In this document: piece after piece, positions 20,036 to 30,911 of the stretch | Layout: every line of letters begins with the position of its first letter | How positions within the stretch are numbered: the stretch's first letter is position 1 | Assembly (NCBI GenBank): GCA_963664875.1 | Contig: OY761611.1 | Location: forward strand, 896,001-960,000 | Length of the DNA: 64,000 nt | Reading direction: 5' to 3' | Source: Candidatus Kapaibacterium sp. | GTDB taxonomy: Bacteria > Bacteroidota > Ignavibacteria > Kapaibacteriales > UBA2268 | Position numbers and translations under genes: made by a program | The notes under the pieces: model-generated | What the model was told of the DNA's origin: nothing | Database searches by the model: none | What the model saw: the letters and a program-made list of their open reading frames with translations, nothing else

Positions 20036-23000
20036 TCAGATAGAAGGAAAGATTACAGTAACTGCAGTGCCTTTATTTATTTGACTTTTCAGAGAAATAT
20101 TACCACCCATAGCATCGACAAATTTTTTGACAAGACGCAGACCAAGCCCTGTCCCTGCTTTAAGACCAATATCTCGCTTGCTTTTATAAAAAGGAGTAAA
20201 GATATATTTCAAGTCCTCTTCAGCTAACCCAATGCCATTATCTATAATCTCAATTTGGAATGTGTTTTCAGGATATGTAATCACAACCTCAATAGTAGAA
20301 TTCTCCGGTGAAAATTTCATAGCATTGACCAAAATATGAGTGATGATTTGTCGGAACAGATTCAAATCTATCATCGTGCTGAAAAGTTCTCTATCCGAAA
20401 TAAGTTTGATTGTATGATTGGTTTTATCTAAGATTTTCACTTCTTTGACGAGTCTATCCAGATAATCTACAATATTGACTGTTCTTTTAAACACCATAAC
20501 TTCGGAATTTTCAGCTTTTACAAAGTTCATAACATCATCTACGAGATGATTTAGAATATTAACAGCAGAGTTGATTTTTCGAATGAAATCATTAGCCTTT
20601 TCGCTGTCGTTGGATTGTATTAATTTTTCTAATACTGCTGCTGATGAGCTGATATAAGTAAGTGGAGTCTTATATTCATGAGAAATCATATTGATAAATC
20701 TGCTCTGCAAATCAGTGTATTCTTCTTTTTTTATAAGAGTTGCTTCTATTTTTTCTTTTGCTTCGTTTAGTTCTTTGGTTCTGTCTGAAACTCTTTTTTC
20801 CAAATCAATATTGATTCTTGCAAGCTCATCTTTCGCTTTTTTCTGATAAGATACATCTTCGAGGAAACATATAATTTTGTTGATTTCTCCGGCAAGATTT
20901 TTTGTCGGATACATTTTGATATTCATAACTTTACCAATTCCGCGAGTGCCGATCTTTGGTGCAAAATTGACCTCATACCAGTTTCTTGTTTGCGATTCAA
21001 TAAAAACATCGTCTATGTTGATATCTAAAGATTTTAACTTTTCTGTTTCCAGATAAATATTGTATTCACTTTCTGCGATATAATTTTTTTCAAACCCATA
21101 AAGAGCACAACTTGCCTGATTTACATCAATCAATCTGCCACCGGTTTCGAAAATAAGTACCGGCACCGGAGCTTTATCGAATAAATCTTTAAACTGTGCC
21201 TCGCTATCCAAGAGCTTTTGTTCCCAGTGTTTTCTTTCGGTAATGTCTTCAAAAATGCTCCAGCATTGCTTGACAGAACCATTTTGATTGAATTGAGGAA
21301 TCACTGAAATCAGAAGCCAAAGCTCGGAGGAATGTATCTCACTCCTAACCATAATTTCTTGATTATAAATAGGCATTTTCTGCTTTATTGAATTTAGTAC
21401 AAGAGCACTCTCACCTTCAATGAGATTCCCGTTTGCATCGTACGTCAGCCAATCATGTTGTGAATTATCAATATTGAAAAAATTTCTGTCAATAGAAAAT
21501 ATTTTTGCTGCTGCCGGATTCAAATCCAATACTTTTCCATTTTTGTCATGGAATGTAACACCTTGCGTCATAGACTCAAACAGCAGACTAAATTTGTCTT
21601 CTGTTTCTTTGATTAGTTCGTCTCTAACTATCCTTTCGCTTATATCACGGATATTAATCAAAAAATAGCTTTCTTCGGATATTATCATCTTTTGGACTAT
21701 AAGCTCTGCAGGAAAGAACTTATGGTTGAAATTATCGTGTACATTGATCACTTTCACAAGCAAATCATCATTGGTCATATCTTTGATGTGTTCCCAAAGA
21801 TTGATTTGCAAATCTTTTAAATGATAAAAATCTCGAACTTCAGCATTGTGATTTCTATTTATCAGATGCTTCATTTTGTAGTTATAATGTACTATTCTTC
21901 CTGTGTTGTCAAGAAGTGCGACTGCGTCAGAAATAGAATCGAAAATAGTTTCAAATTTCTTTTCCATTATTCTGAATACTTCTTCTTCTTTCCTATGTTC
22001 CGTTACATCAATGCCTACGGAAAAAACAGTAAATTCGTCATATAGAGTAGTATTTATATCATTTTTCCAAATAATTACTCTTTCTTCTCCCGATTTGGTG
22101 ATTATAGAATTCTCAAAGTAGTCTTGATTTATATTTCGTTCTTTTGCTTTTTGAAAAACTTTATTAACTTCGGGAAATTTATCAGCCGGTACCACTTTTT
22201 CAAACCAGTTTTGGTTCATGATTTCACTTTTTTTGTAACCGGTAACTCTTTCCGCTGCATTATTGAATAGAATCACATTTGCGTTACTGTCAAGTCCGAG
22301 CAAAATAATATTGGCATCATTTATCAAATAATCCAGGTATTGCTGCATATCTGTAGAGTTTTGCAATCCTTTATTTGGCTCTAATTCTCTTAATCCAATA
22401 ATTATATTATCATATTTCTTGCTTATATCAAGCAATCCGGCGGTATAGATTTGATAGGTCTTGCCATTGATGTAGTTGTCAAACACTTTATCTTTCAGAG
22501 TGCTTATAGAAAAGTAAGAGCTTGCTTTATGCGATGCGAGCCATGGGTAAAGCTCATACAGCTTTTTGCCAATAAATATCTCGCGAGCATCTTTCAGCAT
22601 TTGTATATCTATAAGTGACTCTAATTCTTCAATTTGATTTGGAGCGTAATAATTGCCTCCCGGTATTGCATCAGGGTTTATCACCTTTGCAGCAGCATGA
22701 TTTAGATTTTGAACAACCCCTTTGCTATCTACAAGAATGATTGCATCTGTTACACTCTCAAAAACAGTAAGGTATTTGTTCTTTTCGTTTGTAAGTTTTC
22801 TGTTTTTTTGCCTTAGTTCTTCAATCAAATCATCTTGAGGAGTTTCTGACCATTTTTTGACATAAGCAATTTCTATGCGGTCAAAGCATCTTTCTACAAA
22901 TAATCTCTCTTTTTCAAGGAACTGAGGCATAGAAACACTTTTGAAGAGAATCAAATCAAGGTAGGATTGTTTATAGTATTTAGTAAGAGCCAAAAACATT

Positions 23001-23278
23001 CCGATTGGAATGCCCCTCTCTCTGTGCTTGATGGCTTCTATTATTGCAAATTGAGAGATAGGATCTTCCATATAGTCATCATCCGGATCTAATTCGGGAA
23101 CATCTCCATATTCATCGATTCCATTTGCAATTGATTCGCTCAATCCACTTATAGAGAGCCTCCATGCTTCTTCTAATGTAGATGTGTATTTGGTAAAATT
23201 GTGCTCTAAAGCGTACTTCAGCACTCGTTTTACTAACCAGTTTTCATTAGATAGAATAAGATTTTTGAGCTCTTGCAT
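20036..23278 (-). CDS. multi-PAS sensor histidine kinase
   Basis: Several PAS/PAC repeats (DVTEHR, DISER, DITERK), H-box ISHEYKTPL, NAMKFS, DNGIG, GTGLGL. Confidence 0.92.
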   Translation of the reverse strand: MQELKNLILSNENWLVKRVLKYALEHNFTKYTSTLEEAWRLSISGLSESIANGIDEYGDVPELDPDDDYMEDPISQFAIIEAIKHRERGIPIGMFLALTKYYKQSYLDLILFKSVSMPQFLEKERLFVERCFDRIEIAYVKKWSETPQDDLIEELRQKNRKLTNEKNKYLTVFESVTDAIILVDSKGVVQNLNHAAAKVINPDAIPGGNYYAPNQIEELESLIDIQMLKDAREIFIGKKLYELYPWLASHKASSYFSISTLKDKVFDNYINGKTYQIYTAGLLDISKKYDNIIIGLRELEPNKGLQNSTDMQQYLDYLINDANIILLGLDSNANVILFNNAAERVTGYKKSEIMNQNWFEKVVPADKFPEVNKVFQKAKERNINQDYFENSIITKSGEERVIIWKNDINTTLYDEFTVFSVGIDVTEHRKEEEVFRIMEKKFETIFDSISDAVALLDNTGRIVHYNYKMKHLINRNHNAEVRDFYHLKDLQINLWEHIKDMTNDDLLVKVINVHDNFNHKFFPAELIVQKMIISEESYFLINIRDISERIVRDELIKETEDKFSLLFESMTQGVTFHDKNGKVLDLNPAAAKIFSIDRNFFNIDNSQHDWLTYDANGNLIEGESALVLNSIKQKMPIYNQEIMVRSEIHSSELWLLISVIPQFNQNGSVKQCWSIFEDITERKHWEQKLLDSEAQFKDLFDKAPVPVLIFETGGRLIDVNQASCALYGFEKNYIAESEYNIYLETEKLKSLDINIDDVFIESQTRNWYEVNFAPKIGTRGIGKVMNIKMYPTKNLAGEINKIICFLEDVSYQKKAKDELARINIDLEKRVSDRTKELNEAKEKIEATLIKKEEYTDLQSRFINMISHEYKTPLTYISSSAAVLEKLIQSNDSEKANDFIRKINSAVNILNHLVDDVMNFVKAENSEVMVFKRTVNIVDYLDRLVKEVKILDKTNHTIKLISDRELFSTMIDLNLFRQIITHILVNAMKFSPENSTIEVVITYPENTFQIEIIDNGIGLAEEDLKYIFTPFYKSKRDIGLKAGTGLGLRLVKKFVDAMGGNISLKSQINKGTAVTVIFPSI

Positions 23279-23436
23279 TTTCTATTTCTCAATTTTACTA
23301 ATATGTAAATATATACATAATTTATTTGATTATCAAATTATAATATATACTATTAAAGACCTTTTTCTGTAAAATATATTTGCTATTTTTGTATATATTA
23401 TTATTTGGATATGTTTTGAAGTAAGGAGAACAAGTT

Positions 23437-23889
23437 ATGGCTTTAGATAAAATTATAATGGACGAATTAAAAGCTTCTATGAAAAGCGGCAATCAGCTTA
23501 GAACAGATACTCTCCGCTCGCTTAGAGCATCGCTTTTAGAATATGCTAAATCCGGTGCTAAAACGGAAATGACAGAAGCTGATGAAATCAAACTATTGAA
23601 CTCTGCTGCAAAAAAAAGAAAAGATGCTATCGAAATGTACAAAAACGCGGGCAGAGATGAGCTTGCTGAAAAAGAAGAACTTGAGTTAGCTATCATCTTA
23701 GAATTTTTGCCAAAGCAGCTTAGCGATGATGAAATTTCCGATATTATCAAAAATATCATATCGCAGGTATCTGCAACCGGACCTTCTGATATGGGTAAAG
23801 TCATGGGACCTTCCATGAAAGAACTTGCCGGAAAAGCGGATGGAAATAAAGTAAAAACTATTGTTCAAAATTTACTGAGTTCCCTATAA
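23437..23889 (+). CDS. yqeY: GatB/YqeY domain protein
   Basis: KKRKDAIEMY, FLPKQLS, DMGKVMG. Confidence 0.9.
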   Translation: MALDKIIMDELKASMKSGNQLRTDTLRSLRASLLEYAKSGAKTEMTEADEIKLLNSAAKKRKDAIEMYKNAGRDELAEKEELELAIILEFLPKQLSDDEISDIIKNIISQVSATGPSDMGKVMGPSMKELAGKADGNKVKTIVQNLLSSL

Positions 23890-26258
23890 TGCGTCAAGCT
23901 AAAAAACTGACTGAAAAAGAACTTTCAAATTTATCTTTAAAAGAATTAGAATTCCCTAAATTGCTCGAAATAATCGGGAAATTTACTTTCTCTTCGCAGG
24001 GCAAAGAGATTATCTTATCCTTAGAACCATCTGAGGACAGACTGTTTATTTCCGAAGAGCATAACTTAATCGAAGAAATGACTAATCTGCACGTTGCAGA
24101 TGACACTATCCCTTTCGAATCTATAAGCGATATAAGGGATTTATTGCATAAATCCATGATTGAAAATGCTGTACTTTCTTCCACTGAAATACTAAGTGTC
24201 TTTGACATTATTCGCTCTTCGCGTTTAGTCAAATCATATTTCGATTTCAGAAGAGAAAAATATCCAAAATTACATAATCTTTCGAATGAGCTTTTCGCTG
24301 ACAAACTAATTGAAAAGCATATCACGGATTGCATCGAAGATAGTGGCGAAATAAAAGACACCGCAACCCGCGAACTTGCTCATATTCGCAAAAGTATCAA
24401 CGAAAAATCTAACCGTTTACGTACTCGTCTCCAAAAAATTCTCAGGAAGGTTTCGGAAGACGATATGGTACAGGAAGATTTTGTTACTATGCGAGAAGGC
24501 AGATATGTGCTTCCTATCAAAGCTCACGTCAAAAGGCAGCTACCGGGTATTATTCACGGAGTTTCACAAACCGGCTCGACTGTGTTTTTGGAACCTTCCG
24601 AAATAATTGAAATGAACAACGAGCTCAACCTGCTTATCAATGAGGAACAAAGAGAAATTTATAAAATACTCCAAAACCTCACTAAGGAAATAAGTACAGA
24701 AGCTCTATCTATAATGAGAACAACTGAAATCATAGCACATTTTGATTCTATACTTGCAAGAGCAAAATTTGCTCTCGAATATGGTGGAATCAAACCAACT
24801 ATCAGCGATGAAAGATACATCAAACTTCACAAAATTAAACATCCTCTGCTCGTGGTTAGTAAAGGTGCTAAGAATGTTATTCCTTTAAGTATCGAATTTA
24901 CCGAACAGAAACGTGGATTTTTAATTTCAGGACCTAATGCCGGTGGTAAAACAGTAGCTCTGAAAAGCATAGGTCTGAATATTTCTATGGCTCTTGCCGG
25001 CATTTTCCCATTGGGTCTCTGCACTACTGATTTTCGAAGAGTTTATACCTCTATAGGTGACCATCAGTCAATCGAAAATGATTTGAGTACTTTCAGCTCG
25101 CAAATGTATCAGATGAGAGAAATACTTGCCAACTCCGACTCCTCTGCCCTCGCTTTGGTTGACGAAATTGGCTCTGGTACAGATCCTCAGGAAGGCGGTG
25201 CTTTAGCTTCAGGCATATTAGACACTTTCATAGAATTGAATATGTTTTTTATTGCAACTACTCACCAGTCCTCGCTCAAAACTTATGCTTTGAACAAAGA
25301 CGAAATAGAAAATGCTTCTTTGGAATTTAACGAAGACAAATTGCAACCAACATACAAATTCCTTTCAGGCATTCCCGGAAACAGCTATGCGTTCTTCCTT
25401 GCAAAAAGTATAGGAATGTCTGACTTGGTAATTAAAAGAGCAAAATCTTATCTGGGTTCTAAGCAAAAGGAACTTGAGGAAAGTATATCCGTTCTCCAAA
25501 AGTTTAGGACTGAAGCTATAAAGGCAAAAGCTGAAGCTGAGAAACTGAAATTGAAGGCAAAGGAAAAAGAGCAAAAGTTTGCTACTAAAATGGATGATAT
25601 TAACGCCAAACGCGATGTAATCATCAAACAGGCAAAACAGGAAGCTCTTGATATTGTCAAAAATGCTAATGCTCTGATTGAAAACACTATAAAAGAAATA
25701 AAAGAAGAAAAGAAAGCAATCAAAGAAATAAAAACAAATTTCGAAGACAGCAAACAGAAATTGGAAAAACAGGTTAGTCGCCTTCAGGTTAGCGAATCTT
25801 CTGACAAAGCGGCTCCTGCTTCTCTCAAGGAAGGCGATTTTGTTAGTTTAGAATCAGGAAATGAAGGGATAGTGCTTGAAGCAGATGATAAAGACAAAAT
25901 TGCTTTGGTTGAAATCAACGGACTAAAATTCCGCTTGCCTTACAAGCAGTTAAGCAAAATTGCGAAACTCAAACCCGAAAAGAAATCTTCTGATTTTACT
26001 AATAACTTCAGATTTGATGCTCCTACCCAAATCGATGTCAGAGGCATGAGAGCAGAAATGGCTGTTAGAAAAGTAGATGAAGCTATCTCAGACGCTCTTA
26101 TGTCTAATGTTCATCAGCTGACAATAGTGCATGGCAAAGGTACAGGTGCATTGAAAGAACAGATACATGAAATGCTTAATTACCACCACTCCATTTCTTC
26201 ATTCAGATTGGGAGATTTGGTCGAAGGCGGTGCGGGAGTAACTATAATTGAGCTATAA
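23889..26258 (+). CDS. mutS2: endonuclease MutS2
   Basis: ISGPNAGGKT, SIENDLSTFS, DEIGSGTDP, C-terminal Smr domain (IVHGKGTG). Confidence 0.95.
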   Translation: MRQAKKLTEKELSNLSLKELEFPKLLEIIGKFTFSSQGKEIILSLEPSEDRLFISEEHNLIEEMTNLHVADDTIPFESISDIRDLLHKSMIENAVLSSTEILSVFDIIRSSRLVKSYFDFRREKYPKLHNLSNELFADKLIEKHITDCIEDSGEIKDTATRELAHIRKSINEKSNRLRTRLQKILRKVSEDDMVQEDFVTMREGRYVLPIKAHVKRQLPGIIHGVSQTGSTVFLEPSEIIEMNNELNLLINEEQREIYKILQNLTKEISTEALSIMRTTEIIAHFDSILARAKFALEYGGIKPTISDERYIKLHKIKHPLLVVSKGAKNVIPLSIEFTEQKRGFLISGPNAGGKTVALKSIGLNISMALAGIFPLGLCTTDFRRVYTSIGDHQSIENDLSTFSSQMYQMREILANSDSSALALVDEIGSGTDPQEGGALASGILDTFIELNMFFIATTHQSSLKTYALNKDEIENASLEFNEDKLQPTYKFLSGIPGNSYAFFLAKSIGMSDLVIKRAKSYLGSKQKELEESISVLQKFRTEAIKAKAEAEKLKLKAKEKEQKFATKMDDINAKRDVIIKQAKQEALDIVKNANALIENTIKEIKEEKKAIKEIKTNFEDSKQKLEKQVSRLQVSESSDKAAPASLKEGDFVSLESGNEGIVLEADDKDKIALVEINGLKFRLPYKQLSKIAKLKPEKKSSDFTNNFRFDAPTQIDVRGMRAEMAVRKVDEAISDALMSNVHQLTIVHGKGTGALKEQIHEMLNYHHSISSFRLGDLVEGGAGVTIIEL

Positions 26259-27278
26259 CAAATCCAATAGCTTGTTATAAACCTCGAGCGAGCTGATTTC
26301 TGACATACATTTGAAATGCCCTTTGGGGCATTTTTTTTTGCCTATATGAGTGCATGGGCGGCAAGTTAATTGCGTATTTTCCATTATTGAATGTTTTGCA
26401 TTATAGGGACTAAAGCCCAGAGCCGGAACAGTGCTGCCAAATATTGCTACAATAGGCACTTCGGTACAAGAAGCAATGTGCATCACACCTGTGTCGTTGG
26501 TAACGATTGCTAAGCATTGTCTTATCAACTCAAATGTATGAATAATAGATGTCGAGCCTGAACAATCAATAATTTCAGCTTCCGAGTCTGATTTGATTTT
26601 AGCACATATTTCAGTATCTGCCGGTCCGCCTAAGAGCATTATTGCATATTTATCTTTCAGTAAATCGGACAATTCTACAAATCTTTCCGGAAGCCACTGT
26701 TTTGTGTAGTGCTGTGCTGCGGGAGCAAACGCTATGAGTTCTTTTGAGTTTTGAGTCATAGACTCATGCCGAGTGGCAGTGAATATTTCACATGCCTTGC
26801 CATCTTCTGCTACTCCATATTCCTTTGCAGTTGCAAAGTAATTTTTTACAACATGAAAATCTTTATTCAGACGAGATTTTTTCAGATATACTAAAGATAG
26901 TTTATGAAGCCTGTTTTTTGCAATCTTTCTGATTTGATTGCCTACTCCGGAAATCCATGCTCTACTTCTGTTGTTATTTTGTAAATCAAAAACAATATCA
27001 TAATGCTTAATATTATTGGCATGTAGGTATTCATCTCTTTCCGAGATAATATTTTTTTTAGATAATGCTCTGTCATATAAAATTAGATTATCAATATTTG
27101 TATTATATTCGTATATTTCTTTGAAAGACTTATTCAATAAGAAATCAATTCTTGCGTTTGGGAACTGTTTCCTTAGTGCTCTTACAAAAGGAGTAGTCAA
27201 AACAATATCGCCCATAGAAGATAGGCGAACTACAAGAATATTCTTTTGGGTGTCATTTTTGGAAAGCTTAAGCGACAT
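26253..27278 (-). CDS. glycosyltransferase family 9 (LPS heptosyltransferase)
   Basis: RLSSMGDIVLTTP, NDTGVMHIA, CRPCTHIG; start placed at MSLKLSK. Confidence 0.9.
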   Translation of the reverse strand: MSLKLSKNDTQKNILVVRLSSMGDIVLTTPFVRALRKQFPNARIDFLLNKSFKEIYEYNTNIDNLILYDRALSKKNIISERDEYLHANNIKHYDIVFDLQNNNRSRAWISGVGNQIRKIAKNRLHKLSLVYLKKSRLNKDFHVVKNYFATAKEYGVAEDGKACEIFTATRHESMTQNSKELIAFAPAAQHYTKQWLPERFVELSDLLKDKYAIMLLGGPADTEICAKIKSDSEAEIIDCSGSTSIIHTFELIRQCLAIVTNDTGVMHIASCTEVPIVAIFGSTVPALGFSPYNAKHSIMENTQLTCRPCTHIGKKKCPKGHFKCMSEISSLEVYNKLLDLL

Positions 27279-27320
27279 ACGAATACAAATATATTTTATA
27301 AACAATCGATAAATAAGATT

Positions 27321-27707
27321 ATGCAATTTACAATTGATAATAGGGATAATATAGTAATTTTCTCCCTAAAAAATACTACAGTCGAAAGCAAAGTTGCCTC
27401 AGAATTTAAAGCTAAATTGCTCATATTGGCTCAGCCTGATATTGACGCACTTATTTTAGATTTGACTAATGTGCAAGCTATCGACAGTTCCGGCCTTGGA
27501 GCATTGCTTCTTGCTCACCGCCAACTCAAAGAGCACTCAATTCCTGTTATTTTAGTTGGAGTGCAGGAATTTGTCATGTCGCTGATGAATATGACAAGAA
27601 TAGATGAGTTATTCGAATTTTATGACACTTTGGAAGAAGCTCTCGAAACATTCGAAGACGATGAGTTCTCAGAATTTGGACTTGACGAAGAAGATTTAGA
27701 AATGTAA
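27321..27707 (+). CDS. STAS domain anti-sigma-factor antagonist
   Basis: LDLTNVQAIDSSGLGALL phosphorylation motif; start MQFTID. Confidence 0.9.
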   Translation: MQFTIDNRDNIVIFSLKNTTVESKVASEFKAKLLILAQPDIDALILDLTNVQAIDSSGLGALLLAHRQLKEHSIPVILVGVQEFVMSLMNMTRIDELFEFYDTLEEALETFEDDEFSEFGLDEEDLEM

Positions 27708-27715
27708 TATTATAA

Positions 27716-27751
27716 AATGCACCCTAGTCAAAAACTTCGGTGCATTCTTTT
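27716..27751 (+). terminator. probable terminator after the STAS gene
   Basis: aatgcacc...ggtgcatt followed by ctttt. Confidence 0.55.
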
Positions 27752-27779
27752 AATATACTTGGTCGTGGATTCACTGGTC

Positions 27780-27899
27780 ATGAGCAGTTACCAGGAATTT
27801 GATATTAACATAGATGCCTTATCGTCAGGCTCTTACTTCTACAGTATCATTTCCGGTACAAATAAGCTCAATTCAGGTAAATTTATTATTGTTAAATAA
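27780..27899 (+). pseudogene. remnant encoding only a T9SS C-terminal sorting domain
   Basis: DINIDALSSGSYFYSIISGTNKLNSGKFIIVK* with no signal peptide or body. Confidence 0.7.
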
Positions 27900-27919
27900 A
27901 TAATATTTACTATTTTATC

Positions 27920-27955
27920 GCAGGAGAGATATTGTTTCTCTCCTGCTTTATTTTT
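27920..27955 (+). terminator. terminator-like hairpin repeated before each array gene (also at 29388, 30856, 32325, 33793)
   Basis: Perfect 10-bp stem gcaggagaga/tctctcctgc plus T-rich tail, ending just upstream of the GGAG RBS. Confidence 0.6.
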
Positions 27956-27975
27956 ATAACAAAGGAGATTAAGCT

Positions 27976-29301
27976 TTGAAATATTTTATACTTTGTGTTC
28001 TTTTCTTTGCTACTTTTCAGCTTTCAAATGCAGAAAAGCAGTGGGTCAGGAAGCACTATGAAGCTAATGAAGATGTAATGGCACTAAAAACTATTGATTC
28101 AACAAAAATTATTGCAATCATAGCAGGTGCTGGTGAATCGATGATATATAAGTCCTTTGATTCAGGAAACACTTGGGAAAATACATATCGGTATTATCAT
28201 CCTGCTCATGGTGATTCTTTGGCAATGCTTTCTGTTGGTTCTTTTATCTTAGACTCACTTCACTATTATATTTGTATGTTCCCTCAACCGGTCATAGATG
28301 TTACTTCTGACGGAGGAAATACTTTTCAAAGAATTGAATTCGGAACAATTTCGGCTGATAAAAAGAATTATATTTACGGCTTAAACATGGCAGATAGTTT
28401 AAGAGGATATTTAATAACCCGAACAAACATAATTTTAACACAAGATGGATGGAAATCTTTTGAAGTTTACAATAAGCCATATGAGTATATTGAAACAAAC
28501 AAACCCTCATTTTACATTGATTCGGTCAATGTTGCTATGATAAAGCAAATTGCTGGTAGCAACTTATTTTATAAATTCAACACAATGACTTATGAATGGT
28601 CAAAGTATAGCAACGAAGTCTTCGCAAAAGAAGGCGATTTGCCATATACCATCATAGATATAGAATTTCTTAATGATTCAATAATAATGGGTGCTGGATT
28701 TCAGGGGATAAATGATCCCAATAAAAATATCCATTTTGATTTGATATGGAAAAGTACTGATAAAGGAGTTAACTGGGAAATAGTTTACAAAAAATTGAAA
28801 GATCCGAGATTTGGTTTAGAAGAAGTCCACTTTACTGATAGTTTAAGAGGCATTGCAGGAGGAAGTGGAGCAAAATATATGCTTACTGAAGATGGAGGGT
28901 ATTCTTGGGAGTATGTTACTCTTATGGATTATCTATACGCATCTTCAGGTAATTGTACTTATTGCGGAGATTATCCAATTGCCTGGTTTCTTTCAGGTGG
29001 AGTTTTTCGATACGAAGACGTGACCGGAATCACAGAAGGCATACTAGAGGAAATCAGTATAATACCTTATCAGACAGCAACAGAATACCATATAGAAATC
29101 AATGACCCGAAATCACGAGAATATGAAATCATATTTTCTGATGCAAACGGCAAACAAATACTAACACAAACATTAAACACAGCAATAGCAGCTAACACAA
29201 GTCCAATAGATTTAAACAGCCTAAATTCCGGCACTTACTTTTACATTATTACCTGCAACAATTCACTAATTTCTACAGGTAAGTTTGTAAATGCAAGGTA
29301 G
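27976..29301 (+). CDS. BNR/Asp-box beta-propeller protein with T9SS sorting domain, copy 1
   Basis: TTG start after GGAG, signal peptide, Asp-boxes (SFDSGNTW, STDKGVNW, TEDGGYSW), C-terminal LNSGTYFY...GKFV. Confidence 0.88.
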   Translation: MKYFILCVLFFATFQLSNAEKQWVRKHYEANEDVMALKTIDSTKIIAIIAGAGESMIYKSFDSGNTWENTYRYYHPAHGDSLAMLSVGSFILDSLHYYICMFPQPVIDVTSDGGNTFQRIEFGTISADKKNYIYGLNMADSLRGYLITRTNIILTQDGWKSFEVYNKPYEYIETNKPSFYIDSVNVAMIKQIAGSNLFYKFNTMTYEWSKYSNEVFAKEGDLPYTIIDIEFLNDSIIMGAGFQGINDPNKNIHFDLIWKSTDKGVNWEIVYKKLKDPRFGLEEVHFTDSLRGIAGGSGAKYMLTEDGGYSWEYVTLMDYLYASSGNCTYCGDYPIAWFLSGGVFRYEDVTGITEGILEEISIIPYQTATEYHIEINDPKSREYEIIFSDANGKQILTQTLNTAIAANTSPIDLNSLNSGTYFYIITCNNSLISTGKFVNAR

Positions 29302-29443
29302 CAGAAGATAATTATCATTTCCGGTACAAATAAACTCAATTCAGGTAAATTTATTATTGTTAAATAAATAATATTTACTATTTTATCGCAGGAGAGATAT
29401 TGTTTCTCTCCTGCTTTCTTTTTATAATAATGGAGATTAAGCT

Positions 29444-30835
29444 TTGAAATATTTTCTACTTTGTGTTCTTTTCTTTGCTACTTTTCAGCTTTCAAATGCA
29501 GAAAAGCAGTGGGTAAGGAAACATTTTAGAGCTGATGAACACGTAAGAGCGATAAAATGTTTTGATTCAGCCAATATAGCTGTTATTGTTGAAAGTGTTG
29601 GAGAATCAATGATTTACAAATCTTATGATGCAGGGAACACTTGGAAAAACACGTATCGCTATTTTCATCCTGCGCATGGTGATTCTTTGGCAATGCTTTC
29701 TGTTGGTTCTTTTATCTTAGACTCACTTCACTATTATATTTGTATGTTCCCACAACCGGTCATAGATGTTTCTTCTGACGGAGGAAATACTTTTAAAAGA
29801 ATTGAATTCGGAACAATTTCATCTGATAAGAAAAATTATATTTTCGACTTAAACATGGCAGATAGTTTAAGAGGATATTTAATAACCCGAACAAACATAA
29901 TTTTAACACAAGATGGTTGGAAATCTTTTGAAATTTACGAAAAACCTTACAAGTTTATATCAACGAATGAACCATCATTTTACATTGATTCCGTTAATAT
30001 TGCATTGATGAAACAAGTGGCTGGTAGTAACTTGTTTTATAAGTTTAATACTATAACTTATGAATGGTCAACCTATAGCAACGAAGTTTTGGCAGAGGAA
30101 GGCGATTTTCCTTACACTATTATTGATTTAGACTTTCTTAATGATTCTACTATAATAGGAGCAGGATTTCAAAGAGTTAATGATACAACCAAAAACATAC
30201 ATTACGATTTAATATGGAAAAGCACTGATAAAGGAGTTAACTGGGAAGTAATTTACAAAAAATTGAAAAATCCAAGATTTGGTTTAGAAAAAATAAGTTT
30301 TACAGATAGCTTAAGAGGGATTGCTGGTGGAAATGGAGCAAAATATATGCTTACTGAAGATGGTGGCAAGACTTGGAAATATGTCATTTTAATGGATTAT
30401 CTATATGCCTCTTCTCAAAATTGCACTTATTGCGGAGATTATCCGATTGCTTGGTTTCCTTCCGGGGGAATTTTTCGATACGAAGACGTGACCGGAATCA
30501 CAGAAGGAATTTTAGAAGAAATCAATATAAAACCATATCAAACCAAAACAGAATACTATTTAGAAATACATGATCCAAAATCACGAGAATATGAAATCAT
30601 ATTTTCTGATGCAAACGGCAAACAAATACTAACACAAACATTAAACACAGCAATAGCAGCTAACACAAGTCCAATAGATTTAAACAGCCTAAATTCCGGC
30701 ACTTACTTTTACATGATTACCTGCAACAATTCGCTAATTTCTACAGGTAAGTTTGTAAATGCAAGGGAGCAGAAGATAATTATCATTTCCGGTACAAATA
30801 AGCTCAATTCAGGTAAATTTATTATTGTTAAATAA
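29444..30835 (+). CDS. BNR beta-propeller/T9SS protein, copy 2, with 22-aa C-terminal extension
   Basis: Paralog; TAG stop is GAG at 30767-30769 so it reads on to ...GKFIIVK*. Confidence 0.88.
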   Translation: MKYFLLCVLFFATFQLSNAEKQWVRKHFRADEHVRAIKCFDSANIAVIVESVGESMIYKSYDAGNTWKNTYRYFHPAHGDSLAMLSVGSFILDSLHYYICMFPQPVIDVSSDGGNTFKRIEFGTISSDKKNYIFDLNMADSLRGYLITRTNIILTQDGWKSFEIYEKPYKFISTNEPSFYIDSVNIALMKQVAGSNLFYKFNTITYEWSTYSNEVLAEEGDFPYTIIDLDFLNDSTIIGAGFQRVNDTTKNIHYDLIWKSTDKGVNWEVIYKKLKNPRFGLEKISFTDSLRGIAGGNGAKYMLTEDGGKTWKYVILMDYLYASSQNCTYCGDYPIAWFPSGGIFRYEDVTGITEGILEEINIKPYQTKTEYYLEIHDPKSREYEIIFSDANGKQILTQTLNTAIAANTSPIDLNSLNSGTYFYMITCNNSLISTGKFVNAREQKIIIISGTNKLNSGKFIIVK

Positions 30836-30911
30836 ATAATATTTACTATTTTATCGCAGGAGAGATATTGTTTCTCTCCTGCTTTCTTATTATAACAAAG
30901 GAGATGAAACT

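Noticed and set aside
23889-26258. Functional link between MutS2 and recombination in the nearby array
   Set aside because: mutS2 is coupled to yqeY in an ordinary housekeeping context; proximity alone is not evidence
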